A DNA stretch of 64,000 nt from an uncultured Bacteroidia bacterium (lineage in GTDB: Bacteria; Bacteroidota; Bacteroidia; J057; CALLMJ01). Location: NCBI GenBank assembly GCA_938005475.1, contig CALLNY010000005.1:5684-69683 (forward strand), in the 5' to 3' direction. The stretch's first letter is position 1, and the number at the start of each line of letters is the position of its first letter. The notes under the pieces were generated by a model that did no database searches, had not been told where the DNA came from, and saw nothing but the letters and a program-made list of their open reading frames with translations. Positions 1 to 9,480 of the stretch are shown piece by piece. Position numbers and translations under genes: made by a program.

Positions 1-1530
1 GTAGTAGATGAAGCTTATTTTAAAGCTAATCAGAATCCTTACTTTGGTTATAAACTCCCAGTGGGTACTAAACTTGATGGTAAACAAATTACATTAAATT
101 TTTCTATTGTTCAATATAAAAAAGGAAAAGTAAAAAAAGTATTTTGCAATTCCGTTGAAGTTCCCATTGGTCCATTAGATGGTTCTTGTTGTACAGATAA
201 ACCTTGGGAAGAAGTAAGACCTGCTTCTATCGTTGCGCTTCCCGATATTGATATCAAAGATGAAACTTATCGTTATAAAGGCTTTAAAGGTACATTAGAC
301 CTTATCTTTCCGATGAGTTCTACTAAATTCAAAAAAGAAGAACTCATGAATGTGATTGTCAATTACATTGAAAAATATGAGAGAGATGGTTTTAATGTAG
401 TTTCTGTTAATATAGATGGTTACGCTTCACAAGGTGGTAAAATTGATTATAATCAAAGGTTATCAGAAGCTCGTTCCAAAGCGGTTGCAGATTACATCAC
501 CGAGTATTTTAGTAAAAAAGGAAAAAATATTCCTATTTCTGCAAATGGTTTAGGAGAAGACTGGGAAAGATTAGATATTTTGACAAAAACCGCTAATTTT
601 ACGGATGAAGAACGCCAACAAATTTTAGATATCGCTGGTTCTTCCCAAGACCCCGACGAAAAAGAAGCCCAATTCCGCAAAATGCCTCACTGGAAAAAAT
701 TTGTAAAAGAAGTACTTGAAAATTGTCGTCACACTTTAATTACTTTTACCTTTGATTGGCAACCAGATAAAATGTACATAGATTATTATCCTTCTACTTT
801 GCCTGTAATTTCTCCAGAGTTGTACAACGTGTCTACAAAAACTATGACCATCGGTAAATATATTAAAGGTACGGATGCGAACAAAGGTCTAGGAATATTA
901 AATAAACTGATTCCAAATAATGAAAAGCCCAATCTTTACGCTATGCGTTCTACTTATTATTGGGGACTCAGTGATATTGAAAGCGCTATAAAAGACATAG
1001 AAAAAGCCCAAGCCTTAGACCCTAATAACGACCAGTACGGCATTGCTTCATTAGCTTTTAAAACCAAATTTGCTTATAAGTATTCATTATCAGACAGAAT
1101 GAAAATGTTAGATACTTATAACGATTACGTAAAGAAAAATCCTAATAACTCAGGTTTATTATTGAATAGAGCGGTTATGATGGAGAAGGTAGGTTATTTA
1201 TCTGGTGCTATCAAACAATTTAATGCTTTATTATCTGAAAACCAAAATGGCGCTGCCGCTCTGAATAATCGTGGAGTAGCAAGGTTAAAAGCAAACCGCA
1301 TCACCGAAGCAGAATCAGACTTCAAAGAAGCTATTGCTCTTGACGAAAATATTGCAGAAGCCCATTTTAATCTGGCAGTTGTATATGCTTATAAAGGTTT
1401 AACTGATAAAACCATTGATGAATTAGACAGAGCTATTGCATTAGATAAATCATACAAAGCAGAAATCTATTCTAATCCTGTTTTTAGTATCATGAAAGAT
1501 AATCCTAAATTTTCTAAGTACAGAAATTAG
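1..1530 (+). CDS. OmpA-like peptidoglycan-binding domain plus C-terminal TPR repeats (5' truncated by window edge)
   Basis: Frame is open from base 1 (GTA GTA GAT...), so the GTG at 61 is probably internal. OmpA-C motif IDGYAS...YNQRLSEARSKAVADYI. TPR motifs ALNNRGVARL and AHFNLAVVYAYKG...LDRAIALD. Confidence 0.8.
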   Translation, partial: VVDEAYFKANQNPYFGYKLPVGTKLDGKQITLNFSIVQYKKGKVKKVFCNSVEVPIGPLDGSCCTDKPWEEVRPASIVALPDIDIKDETYRYKGFKGTLDLIFPMSSTKFKKEELMNVIVNYIEKYERDGFNVVSVNIDGYASQGGKIDYNQRLSEARSKAVADYITEYFSKKGKNIPISANGLGEDWERLDILTKTANFTDEERQQILDIAGSSQDPDEKEAQFRKMPHWKKFVKEVLENCRHTLITFTFDWQPDKMYIDYYPSTLPVISPELYNVSTKTMTIGKYIKGTDANKGLGILNKLIPNNEKPNLYAMRSTYYWGLSDIESAIKDIEKAQALDPNNDQYGIASLAFKTKFAYKYSLSDRMKMLDTYNDYVKKNPNNSGLLLNRAVMMEKVGYLSGAIKQFNALLSENQNGAAALNNRGVARLKANRITEAESDFKEAIALDENIAEAHFNLAVVYAYKGLTDKTIDELDRAIALDKSYKAEIYSNPVFSIMKDNPKFSKYRN

Positions 1531-1552
1531 AATTTATCTTATTGCTTTGATT

Positions 1553-1584
1553 AAGAGACTACTTATAACAAAGTAGTCTTTTTT
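1553..1584 (+). terminator. Intrinsic terminator
   Basis: AGACTACTT-ATAACA-AAGTAGTCT 9-bp stem followed by a T-run, just after the OmpA/TPR stop. Confidence 0.8.
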
Positions 1585-1638
1585 GCAGTTTATTTGTATA
1601 TTTTAAAAAAGTACTTTATTTTTACAAAAAAATTGGTA

Positions 1639-2424
1639 ATGCCCTATAAAAGAGAAGGTTTACGGGATAAAATAGTTTTTATTACTGGCGCAACAAGTGG
1701 GATAGGGGAGGCTTGCGCAAGAGCTTTTGCTGAATTAGGTTGTAAGCTCATTATTACAGGAAGACAGGTCTTCAGACTTCAAATTTTAGCTTCTGATTTA
1801 ATGGCTTACGGTTGCTCGGTTTTATTTTTTGAGTTAAATGTAACAAAAAAAGAATCTATTAGCCGCTTAATTGATAGTTTACCTGAAGATTGGAAAAGTA
1901 TAGATATTCTTATCAATAATGCGGGGCTTGCTTTAGGTTTAGAACCGCTCCAAGAAGGTAATATAGAAGATTGGGATATCATGATTGATACGAACGTTAA
2001 AGGCTTACTGTATGTAACTCGTAATATAGTTCCTTTAATGATACATTATCAAAAGGGGCATGTTATCAATATAGGTTCATTAGCGGGCGTGGGAGCTTAT
2101 CCGAACGGTGCAGTGTATTGTGCATCTAAAGCCGCTGTGAAAACTTTAAGTGATGGTTTACGAATGGACCTTGTACATACAAACATTCGTGTTACTAATA
2201 TTCAACCCGGTTTAGTAGATACAAATTTCAGTATGACACGTTTCCATGGGGATAGAGAACGCGCTGAAAGAGTATATAAAGGAATAGAAGCCTTGAACGC
2301 AGAAGACATTGCCGATATTATTGTGTATGTTGCCACGGCTCCTAAACATGTTCAAATTTCAGAAGTTACAGTTATGCCTACACAGCAGGCCTCCAGTCAG
2401 GTTATCCATAGAAAACTTAAATGA
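1639..2424 (+). CDS. SDR family NADP-dependent oxidoreductase (YdfG-like 3-hydroxy acid dehydrogenase)
   Basis: TGATSGIG, NNAGLALG, catalytic YCASK. ATG at 1639 preferred over the TTG at 1594. Confidence 0.88.
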   Translation: MPYKREGLRDKIVFITGATSGIGEACARAFAELGCKLIITGRQVFRLQILASDLMAYGCSVLFFELNVTKKESISRLIDSLPEDWKSIDILINNAGLALGLEPLQEGNIEDWDIMIDTNVKGLLYVTRNIVPLMIHYQKGHVINIGSLAGVGAYPNGAVYCASKAAVKTLSDGLRMDLVHTNIRVTNIQPGLVDTNFSMTRFHGDRERAERVYKGIEALNAEDIADIIVYVATAPKHVQISEVTVMPTQQASSQVIHRKLK

Positions 2425-3050
2425 CCAAAGGTTACATTGTAACAGGTATTCATACCAATGTAGGAAAAACCCTGGTTTCTGCAGTACTTTTAGCAGGGCT
2501 TCATTATGATTACTGGAAACCTATTCAAACAGGTACATTGACTGATTTAAGTGATACCCAATGGCTCAAAAATATTCTTAATAATCACATTCATTTTCAC
2601 CCTGAACGATACTGTCTACCTCTGCCCGCTTCCCCCAATATTGCCGCTGATGAACAAAATATTACTATACTTATAGAAGACTTTCTAGTCCCTTCTTCTT
2701 TGAATCCTATCTTAATTGAAGGTGCAGGCGGACTCATGGTACCTATCAATCAACAAAATTTACTAATAGACCTATTTCAAAAATGGAATTTACCCGTTAT
2801 TTTAGTGGTTGACTTGTATTTAGGTGCTATCAATCATACTTTACTTTCAATAGAAGCCTTGTATTCCCGAAAAATAAAAATCGCAGGAATAATATTCAAT
2901 AAAACAGAAGACCATGCCGCTATGAAAACTATCGAGTATTATTCAGGATTAAAAAACTTAGGGTTTATTCCTTATATTCAGAAAATTGATTATAAAAATT
3001 TAAAGTACTGTTTTAATAAATTTTTGAATTTGGATTTTGTAAATAATTAA
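2421..3050 (+). CDS. bioD: Dethiobiotin synthase
   Basis: TGIHTNVGKT P-loop, YWKPIQTG, IEGAGGLMVP, LGAINHTLLS. ATGA overlap with the upstream SDR. Confidence 0.95.
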   Translation: MTKGYIVTGIHTNVGKTLVSAVLLAGLHYDYWKPIQTGTLTDLSDTQWLKNILNNHIHFHPERYCLPLPASPNIAADEQNITILIEDFLVPSSLNPILIEGAGGLMVPINQQNLLIDLFQKWNLPVILVVDLYLGAINHTLLSIEALYSRKIKIAGIIFNKTEDHAAMKTIEYYSGLKNLGFIPYIQKIDYKNLKYCFNKFLNLDFVNN

Positions 3051-3090
3051 AAAATTTTCCTCATACCTATTTAACTATTTTAACTATTTT

Positions 3091-3098
3091 TATTTTTG
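3091..3098 (+). promoter_or_regulatory. Bacteroidota -7 promoter element
   Basis: TATTTTTG matches TAnnTTTG, 20 nt before the ATG at 3119. Confidence 0.55.
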
Positions 3099-3118
3099 CA
3101 GATAAAACCATTTTATAT

Positions 3119-3475
3119 ATGAAAAAGCTTGTTTTAAAATTCTTATTTATGTTCATGGTTGCTATTAGCCAAGCACAAGAATACATGCAGATAACAGCTA
3201 TTGAGTCTGTCATACCTGGAGGTTTTGGGCGTTCTCGTTTGATTGCAACTAAACCTGATGGGCAAATTGATGAGTTACCATTAGAAAACTTCTTTAGTAT
3301 GGTAGGAATTAATTTTGGTAATATACGTGGTAACGATAAAATTATAACTACGAAATTAAATGAATTAGCCAAACAAGGATGGAGTCTTGTGGGAGTTACT
3401 TCGGGGGTTTATAGTGGTTCAGAAAACCGAGCCGCAGGAATTTTTATTACTCGTTACGTTTTAAGAAGAAATTAG
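3119..3475 (+). CDS. Conserved secreted hypothetical protein
   Basis: Sec signal peptide (..AISQAQ). Segments IESVIPGGFGRSRLI and LNELAKQGWSLV resemble a conserved Bacteroidota small-protein family. Confidence 0.75.
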   Translation: MKKLVLKFLFMFMVAISQAQEYMQITAIESVIPGGFGRSRLIATKPDGQIDELPLENFFSMVGINFGNIRGNDKIITTKLNELAKQGWSLVGVTSGVYSGSENRAAGIFITRYVLRRN

Positions 3476-3622
3476 TTTTCACAGCTAGATAGTCCTATAC
3501 ATTTATCTAAAAAGCTAACGATCTAAGCATCTCATTATTCTTTTTTTCTTTTTAGATAGTCATCAAACTAACGAAATGGTTTGGAGTCTTTATTTATCGT
3601 TTTGCAGAGTTAAATTTGAAGA

Positions 3623-5839
3623 ATGGAGAAAGTGTTTTGGGTTGAGGGAATACATTGCAGTGCTTGTGTTGATGCTATTGAGCAATTATTGAAAGAAAAT
3701 CCCTGTGTCTTACAAGTTCATGTACATTTGGCTGAAAAGAAAGTTTTTTTACAACTTTCTCAGGAAATTTCTTTACAAGAGCTTAATCAATTAGTATCAA
3801 AAGCAGGTTATCAAATTCTTGAATTACAGGAAGATAATAATAATAAATTTAATTTTTTGAGAATTATTTGGTTATTAAGTTTATCCACTTTCCTAATGCT
3901 TTTAGGAATGTTTTCTATGGGCAAACTATGGTCAGAATGGATAATGGCTTTAATATCAGGTATTTTAATTTATGAAGGTAGAAAATTTTATTTAAATGCC
4001 TATAAACAAGCAAAAATAAAAAAAGCTTCTATGGATACATTAGTATCTTTAAGTACTGGAATATCATTTATTTACAGTATAGGATTATTAAGTGTTCAAA
4101 CTTTTTTAAATAATTCTGCATTACACCATTACCATACTCATTTTGAAGCCGCAGGAATGATTATAGCTTTTGTTTTAATCGGAAAATACCTAGAAGATAA
4201 AGTCCAAGCTAGTACTCAAAGGTCTTTAAAGAAAATTTTGACCTATAAAAACAAAAAAGTAACAAAGTGTTTAAACGATGGTAGTTTCGTGGAGATTTTT
4301 GTCAAGGATATTCAACCCAATGATAATATTTTAATTAAGGCAGGAGAACAAATTCCTATTGATGGTATCGTATTAGAAGGAGAAAGTTATGTTGATGAAA
4401 GCATGATGACGGGGGAGCCATTGCCTGCTGAAAAAAAACCTCATAGTAAAGTTTATGCAGGAACGATAAATCAGTACCAAAATATTATAGTGAAAGCAGA
4501 AAAGATAGGTGAGAGCACTTTTTTAGAACAAATACTTAAAGCGGTAGAACGAGCGCAAGCATCAAAGCCTGATATTCAAAAGATAACAGATAAAATAGCA
4601 GGTCAATTTACTTTTTTTATTATTGGAATAAGTTTGCTTACTTTTTTTTTATGGATGTTACAAAATGATTTTGAACATGCTTTTACGTCTATGATAGCGG
4701 TCTTGGTGGTAGCCTGTCCTTGTGCACTTGGTTTAGCTACTCCTATGGCAGTGATTGTAGGAATTGGTAAAGCCGCTCAACACGGTATCTTAATTCAAAA
4801 TGCAAATGCACTTGAAAAAGCAAATCATATCAGCCTAATCGCTTTTGATAAAACAGGTACTCTGACTACTGGAAAACCCAACGTGCAAAAAGTTTTATGG
4901 AACGAAACCCCCAAACCACACTGGCCTTGGCTTTGGTTCAAATTAGCCCAGCAATCTAACCATCCTCTTGCTACTGCAATTCATAATTATTTTTTTTATC
5001 TACTCCAAAACTCCCCACAAGTTTTTTTACAATTTCAAGATGTACAAACTATTGCTGGCAAAGGCATAAAAGCAATTTTAGAAGATAGCATGTACCTTAT
5101 GGGAAATGAAAATTTTTTACAACAGAATGGCATTGTTATACCAGATACCTTAAAAATGTCCCTTGAAGAATACAATCAGCAAGGCAATAGTTTTGTTTTT
5201 TTTGCAAGAAATCAGCATTGCTTAGGCGTTTGTATATTAGCAGATACGCTTCGTCCCGATGTACCCCAAACCATTCAAATACTACAAAAAAAAGGTTATA
5301 AACTTTGTATTTTAAGTGGCGATAATCAAGAGACTGTTAAATTTTATGCCCAACAGTTAGGTATTCAAAATTATGAAGGCGAGTTACTTCCCATGCAAAA
5401 AGCCAAAAAAATAGCAAAATTTGAAGTTAATGGACAAAAAACTTTGATGGTAGGTGATGGAATTAACGACTCCATAGCATTAAGCAAAGCAACTATTAGT
5501 GTTGCCTTTTCATCAGGAAATGAACTTACTTCTAATGTTGCACAAGTCCTACTCATCAAAAACGAAATACATGGTATCCTAAAATTCTTAGAAATTGCTA
5601 AACAAACTCATGCACTTATCTATCAGAATTTATTCTGGGCTTTTATTTATAATTTGCTTATGATACCATTGGCAACAGGACTTTTTTATCCTATTCTAGG
5701 TTGGCGGTTTCATCCTATGTGGGCAAGTATAGCTATGTCTCTAAGTTCTATTAGTATCGTTCTTAACAGCCTCAGATTGAACAATAAATCGCTCTGCAGT
5801 GAAAATATTTACCACAGCGAACCCCATAAACCCGAGTAA
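3623..5839 (+). CDS. copA: Copper-translocating P1B-1 ATPase
   Basis: N-terminal HMA GIHCSAC, TGEP, CPCALGLATP, DKTGTLT, GDGINDS, YN and MSLSS metal-binding TM motifs. Confidence 0.92.
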   Translation: MEKVFWVEGIHCSACVDAIEQLLKENPCVLQVHVHLAEKKVFLQLSQEISLQELNQLVSKAGYQILELQEDNNNKFNFLRIIWLLSLSTFLMLLGMFSMGKLWSEWIMALISGILIYEGRKFYLNAYKQAKIKKASMDTLVSLSTGISFIYSIGLLSVQTFLNNSALHHYHTHFEAAGMIIAFVLIGKYLEDKVQASTQRSLKKILTYKNKKVTKCLNDGSFVEIFVKDIQPNDNILIKAGEQIPIDGIVLEGESYVDESMMTGEPLPAEKKPHSKVYAGTINQYQNIIVKAEKIGESTFLEQILKAVERAQASKPDIQKITDKIAGQFTFFIIGISLLTFFLWMLQNDFEHAFTSMIAVLVVACPCALGLATPMAVIVGIGKAAQHGILIQNANALEKANHISLIAFDKTGTLTTGKPNVQKVLWNETPKPHWPWLWFKLAQQSNHPLATAIHNYFFYLLQNSPQVFLQFQDVQTIAGKGIKAILEDSMYLMGNENFLQQNGIVIPDTLKMSLEEYNQQGNSFVFFARNQHCLGVCILADTLRPDVPQTIQILQKKGYKLCILSGDNQETVKFYAQQLGIQNYEGELLPMQKAKKIAKFEVNGQKTLMVGDGINDSIALSKATISVAFSSGNELTSNVAQVLLIKNEIHGILKFLEIAKQTHALIYQNLFWAFIYNLLMIPLATGLFYPILGWRFHPMWASIAMSLSSISIVLNSLRLNNKSLCSENIYHSEPHKPE

Positions 5840-5969
5840 CTCATAAAAAATAAAAAAATAAAAACCATTAGAATGAACAAAACTGTGTATTATATTAAAT
5901 TCATTATAAGTCAAATCGCTATATAGTTGTTCATAAACTCCATTTTTATAAACTTCATTCTAAAAAATA

Positions 5970-6986
5970 TCACTCACGAATTGTTACTCCCTTTATATGC
6001 GATGCACCTACATTAAAAAAGCCAAGAACTTTTTGATTGTTTTTAGAGCGTATATTGGTAATAATATTTTCTGGTGTACGAGCAAATAAACCGCCGTTAG
6101 TCATTTCATTTTGGGCTTGTTGCAGGAAAGTCCAAGTATCTTTATTGATAGAATAGATTTCAACCCATAAACTATCCCCTGGTGAGAGCCCATCCTCAGG
6201 GTTAATAGCAAAGACAGAGATATTAGGAGTAAAATAAAAGCCATCTGCACCTTCACCGCTTGCACCATCCACTGCTAAATTGATTTGACTTGGCTTATAT
6301 AAAAATACTCCATTGTAATAAGTTTTAAACCAATAATAATCAGGTCCCCCTAAACTATCCCTTGCAATAAAACCTACGATATATTTTCCTTTGCTATTTC
6401 CAAAACCATTTTCATTTTTTTCGTAGATAAAACTATCTATTACGGTAGTTCGATTAAGTTTGCTCTGGGCTTCATACTCATTTCCATTCAAACTAACCCA
6501 TAATTTATATTCGTGGTTTACTTGTAAAAATGGATTTAAACTATCGGGTTGAAAAACATAATTACCCTCTCCTTCATGCACAAAAGCTACTGTGTCTTGT
6601 GTAGTTAAATCAATCAATTTGACCGTAGCATTAGGTTCTGTAGGGGCTTGTCTGTTAGAAAAGTAAGGAGCGGAATAAGTAATTTTAATAGTTTGAGGTT
6701 TTATTTGATTATTTAAAAAAGCATCAATAACAAGATATTTTTCTCCTTCGTTAAGTTTAACGTCAATAACATCCTCGCAACTGATTAACACATAAGAAAA
6801 TACTATCATTAAGAAACGAAGCATCATAGGATGCCTGAGACTCAAGATGCGAAATTGCCCTTGACAGTAAGCAAAAAAATTACTAAACCGCCATGTCCAA
6901 ACATTAAGCGAAACTAACCAAGTAAGGATATTCTTAAATGATTGTATAATTTTCATTGTCCTATCTTTTATCACTATCTTTTTCAT
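5970..6986 (-). CDS. DUF4249 family outer-membrane lipoprotein (TonB-receptor partner)
   Basis: Lipobox LISC followed by EDVIDV, C-terminal NIITNI...LGFFNV, directly downstream of a TonB receptor. Alternative start at 6827. Confidence 0.8.
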   Translation of the reverse strand: MKKIVIKDRTMKIIQSFKNILTWLVSLNVWTWRFSNFFAYCQGQFRILSLRHPMMLRFLMIVFSYVLISCEDVIDVKLNEGEKYLVIDAFLNNQIKPQTIKITYSAPYFSNRQAPTEPNATVKLIDLTTQDTVAFVHEGEGNYVFQPDSLNPFLQVNHEYKLWVSLNGNEYEAQSKLNRTTVIDSFIYEKNENGFGNSKGKYIVGFIARDSLGGPDYYWFKTYYNGVFLYKPSQINLAVDGASGEGADGFYFTPNISVFAINPEDGLSPGDSLWVEIYSINKDTWTFLQQAQNEMTNGGLFARTPENIITNIRSKNNQKVLGFFNVGASHIKGVTIRE

Positions 6987-6987
6987 A

Positions 6988-9330
6988 CTAAAAATTGAAA
7001 TTGTAAGTTACCGCAGGAACAAAAGAACCAATCACAGAATAACGAACAGCTTCTGTTTCTAAATTATTGTTTTTATTAGAGCGGAAATAAATAGAAAATG
7101 GATTTCTACGATTATAAACATTGTAAACCGAGAATACCCATTCGCTATGGAAACGCTTTCCTTCTTTTTGTTTACCGTTGAGTGTGGCTGATAAATCTAA
7201 ACGATGATAATCGGGGATACGGAAGTTATTACGTTTTTCCGTAGAATTGTAAGGAATGACATACCCCTGAATTTGCACACGTGTATCAGGAAAGGTAGCC
7301 GGAGTACCTGCTAAATAAACAAAATTAACAGAGAAAGACCATCTTTTGTTGAGTTCGTAAGTAAGTACTGTATTAAGGTTATGAGGCCTATCAAAACGTG
7401 TAGGGAACCATTCATTTTTACTAATACCTTCGGTTTTACGCTCGGTTCGGGATAAGGTATAACTTACCCACCCGGTTAATTTTCCTTTATTTTTCTTGAC
7501 AAAAAATTCTACTCCATAGGCTCTGCCGATTCCTTGTAGTAAATCTCCTTCTAATTTTTCATTGAGTAATAAGTTAGCATTAGGCACAAAATCTAATAAA
7601 TTTTGTAAAGATTTGTAATAAAGTTCAATGGAAGTTTCAAAAGTATTATTAGCGAAATTTCTGAAATACCCTATTGCAAATTGGTCACCGAGTTGAGGTT
7701 TTATGTTATTAGTAGAGATAGTCCATATATCAATAGGAGTGGGGGCGGCTGTATTAGAAACTAAATGTAAGTACTGTGCTGTGCGGTTATAACTCGTTTT
7801 TAGTGAGGAATTTTCATTTAAATCAAACTTTAAAGATATTCGAGGTTCAGGGTTATAATAAGCTTTAATGAGTTCAAGGGTATTGTAAGATTGAGTGGTT
7901 AATAAAGTTCGGGAGACTGCAAGGTTAGTATCTGCAAAAGTATAAGCATCCCCTTTACCAATGAAATGAAAAGCAGAGAACCGTAATCCGAACTCTGTTG
8001 TAATTCTATCATTAATTTTCCATTCCTCATTAAAATATAAAGCGGACTCTATTCCGTAACGGTGTTTTAAACTTATATTCACATTGAGTTCTTCTGAGGA
8101 AACTTTTGCATTGCCTGGTTGCATGTGAAATAAAATAGACTGATAACCAAATTTAATTTTATGTTTTTCATTAGCAAACCAAGTAAAATCAGGCTTAATG
8201 CTATAATTGATGATGTTAGCGTTCCAATCAAAACCTTGCCCTTGCTCGTCCGTAAATTTGAGTTTGTAGTCATAATTGCTGTAAAAAGCTGTTAGATTAA
8301 GGAATAATTTAGGACTAATGACGTTATTCCAACGGATGGTAGTAGTTGCGTTACCCCAATTAAATTTAAATCCTGCCCCAAAAACATCTCTCCCAAAGTA
8401 ACCACTTACAAATAAGGTATTTTTTTCGTTTATGATATAATTAAATTTAGCGGTCAAATCGTAGAAATAGAATTTAGCTTGTCTTAAATCTTTATTGAGA
8501 AAAGGTTTAGCAAGGATATCAATATAAGAACGTCTTGCGGCTACAATGAAAGAAGCTCTATCTTTAAGGACAGGTCCTTCCACAGAAAAACGACTAAAAA
8601 TTGTTCCTATTCCACCTTTATATTCAAATTGTTTATTATTGCCTTCTTTCATGCGAATATCTAAAAGGGAAGACAATCTGCCGCCGTAGGTAGAAGGAAT
8701 ACCTCCTTTCACAAGTTTTACATCTTTTACAGCATCAGGATTAAAAACAGAAAAAAAACCAAATAAATGAGAAGAATTAAATACAGGGGCTTCATCTAAC
8801 AGGATAAGGTTTTGGTCTATATTACCACCACGCACATTAAATCCTGAAGCTCCTTCTCCTACTGTACTCACTCCTGGTAGTAACTGTATACTTCTTACTA
8901 TATCTACTTCCCCTAACAAGGCAGGCATTTTCTGTATAAACTTGATATCCAATTTATTTACAGACATTTCAATAGATTTAATGTTTTCATCTTCTTTTTT
9001 GTCTGTAATTACGACTTCCTCGCCTTCAATGATATCTTCTGTAAGTTCAAGGTCTAACTTGGTATTTTTATCTAAGTTGATTTCTTTTTCTATTTTTTTG
9101 TAACCAATATAAGAAAAAACAATGGTATGATTACCTTTCGGTAACGACAGAGAATAGAAACCATACTCATTAGTATTTACGCCAATATTAGAACCTGCTT
9201 TATAAACCACTACGCCGATAAGTTTTTCTCCTGACTTGGCATCTTTTACATATCCACTTAAAGTGAATTTTTCTTGTGCATGCACTGAGAAGGCTAACAA
9301 CCATAAGAAAACTATGGAAACTGATTTCAT
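6988..9330 (-). CDS. TonB-dependent receptor with N-terminal carboxypeptidase-regulatory-like domain
   Basis: SGYVKDAKSGEKLIGV..TNEYGFYSL N-domain, plug LLPGV..GFNVRGG..DQNLILLD, C-terminal YNFNF. Start at 9330 gives a normal signal peptide. Confidence 0.93.
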   Translation of the reverse strand: MKSVSIVFLWLLAFSVHAQEKFTLSGYVKDAKSGEKLIGVVVYKAGSNIGVNTNEYGFYSLSLPKGNHTIVFSYIGYKKIEKEINLDKNTKLDLELTEDIIEGEEVVITDKKEDENIKSIEMSVNKLDIKFIQKMPALLGEVDIVRSIQLLPGVSTVGEGASGFNVRGGNIDQNLILLDEAPVFNSSHLFGFFSVFNPDAVKDVKLVKGGIPSTYGGRLSSLLDIRMKEGNNKQFEYKGGIGTIFSRFSVEGPVLKDRASFIVAARRSYIDILAKPFLNKDLRQAKFYFYDLTAKFNYIINEKNTLFVSGYFGRDVFGAGFKFNWGNATTTIRWNNVISPKLFLNLTAFYSNYDYKLKFTDEQGQGFDWNANIINYSIKPDFTWFANEKHKIKFGYQSILFHMQPGNAKVSSEELNVNISLKHRYGIESALYFNEEWKINDRITTEFGLRFSAFHFIGKGDAYTFADTNLAVSRTLLTTQSYNTLELIKAYYNPEPRISLKFDLNENSSLKTSYNRTAQYLHLVSNTAAPTPIDIWTISTNNIKPQLGDQFAIGYFRNFANNTFETSIELYYKSLQNLLDFVPNANLLLNEKLEGDLLQGIGRAYGVEFFVKKNKGKLTGWVSYTLSRTERKTEGISKNEWFPTRFDRPHNLNTVLTYELNKRWSFSVNFVYLAGTPATFPDTRVQIQGYVIPYNSTEKRNNFRIPDYHRLDLSATLNGKQKEGKRFHSEWVFSVYNVYNRRNPFSIYFRSNKNNNLETEAVRYSVIGSFVPAVTYNFNF

Positions 9331-9420
9331 TACTTTTAGTTTTTTGTAAGCAAATTTCAGAACAAAAATAAAACGCAAAAAGTTCTTTTGTATGAATGGT
9401 AAAAAACTGTTTTAAATAAT

Positions 9421-9452
9421 AAAAAAGGCAACCTACTACGGGATTGCCTTCT
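9421..9452 (-). terminator. Intrinsic terminator after S46 peptidase
   Basis: On the minus strand, AAGGCAA...TTGCCTT stem followed by a T-run. Confidence 0.6.
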
Positions 9453-9480
9453 ACAAATTATGTATGTGTGTATAAATAAA

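Noticed and set aside
3068-3090. Short direct repeat TTTAACTATT x2
   Set aside because: Two low-complexity copies only; not a CRISPR array or a meaningful repeat.
7278-7283. CACGTG core (also at 46531-46536)
   Set aside because: Flanks do not form the GTTnCAC-GTGnAAC palindrome, so these are not parS.
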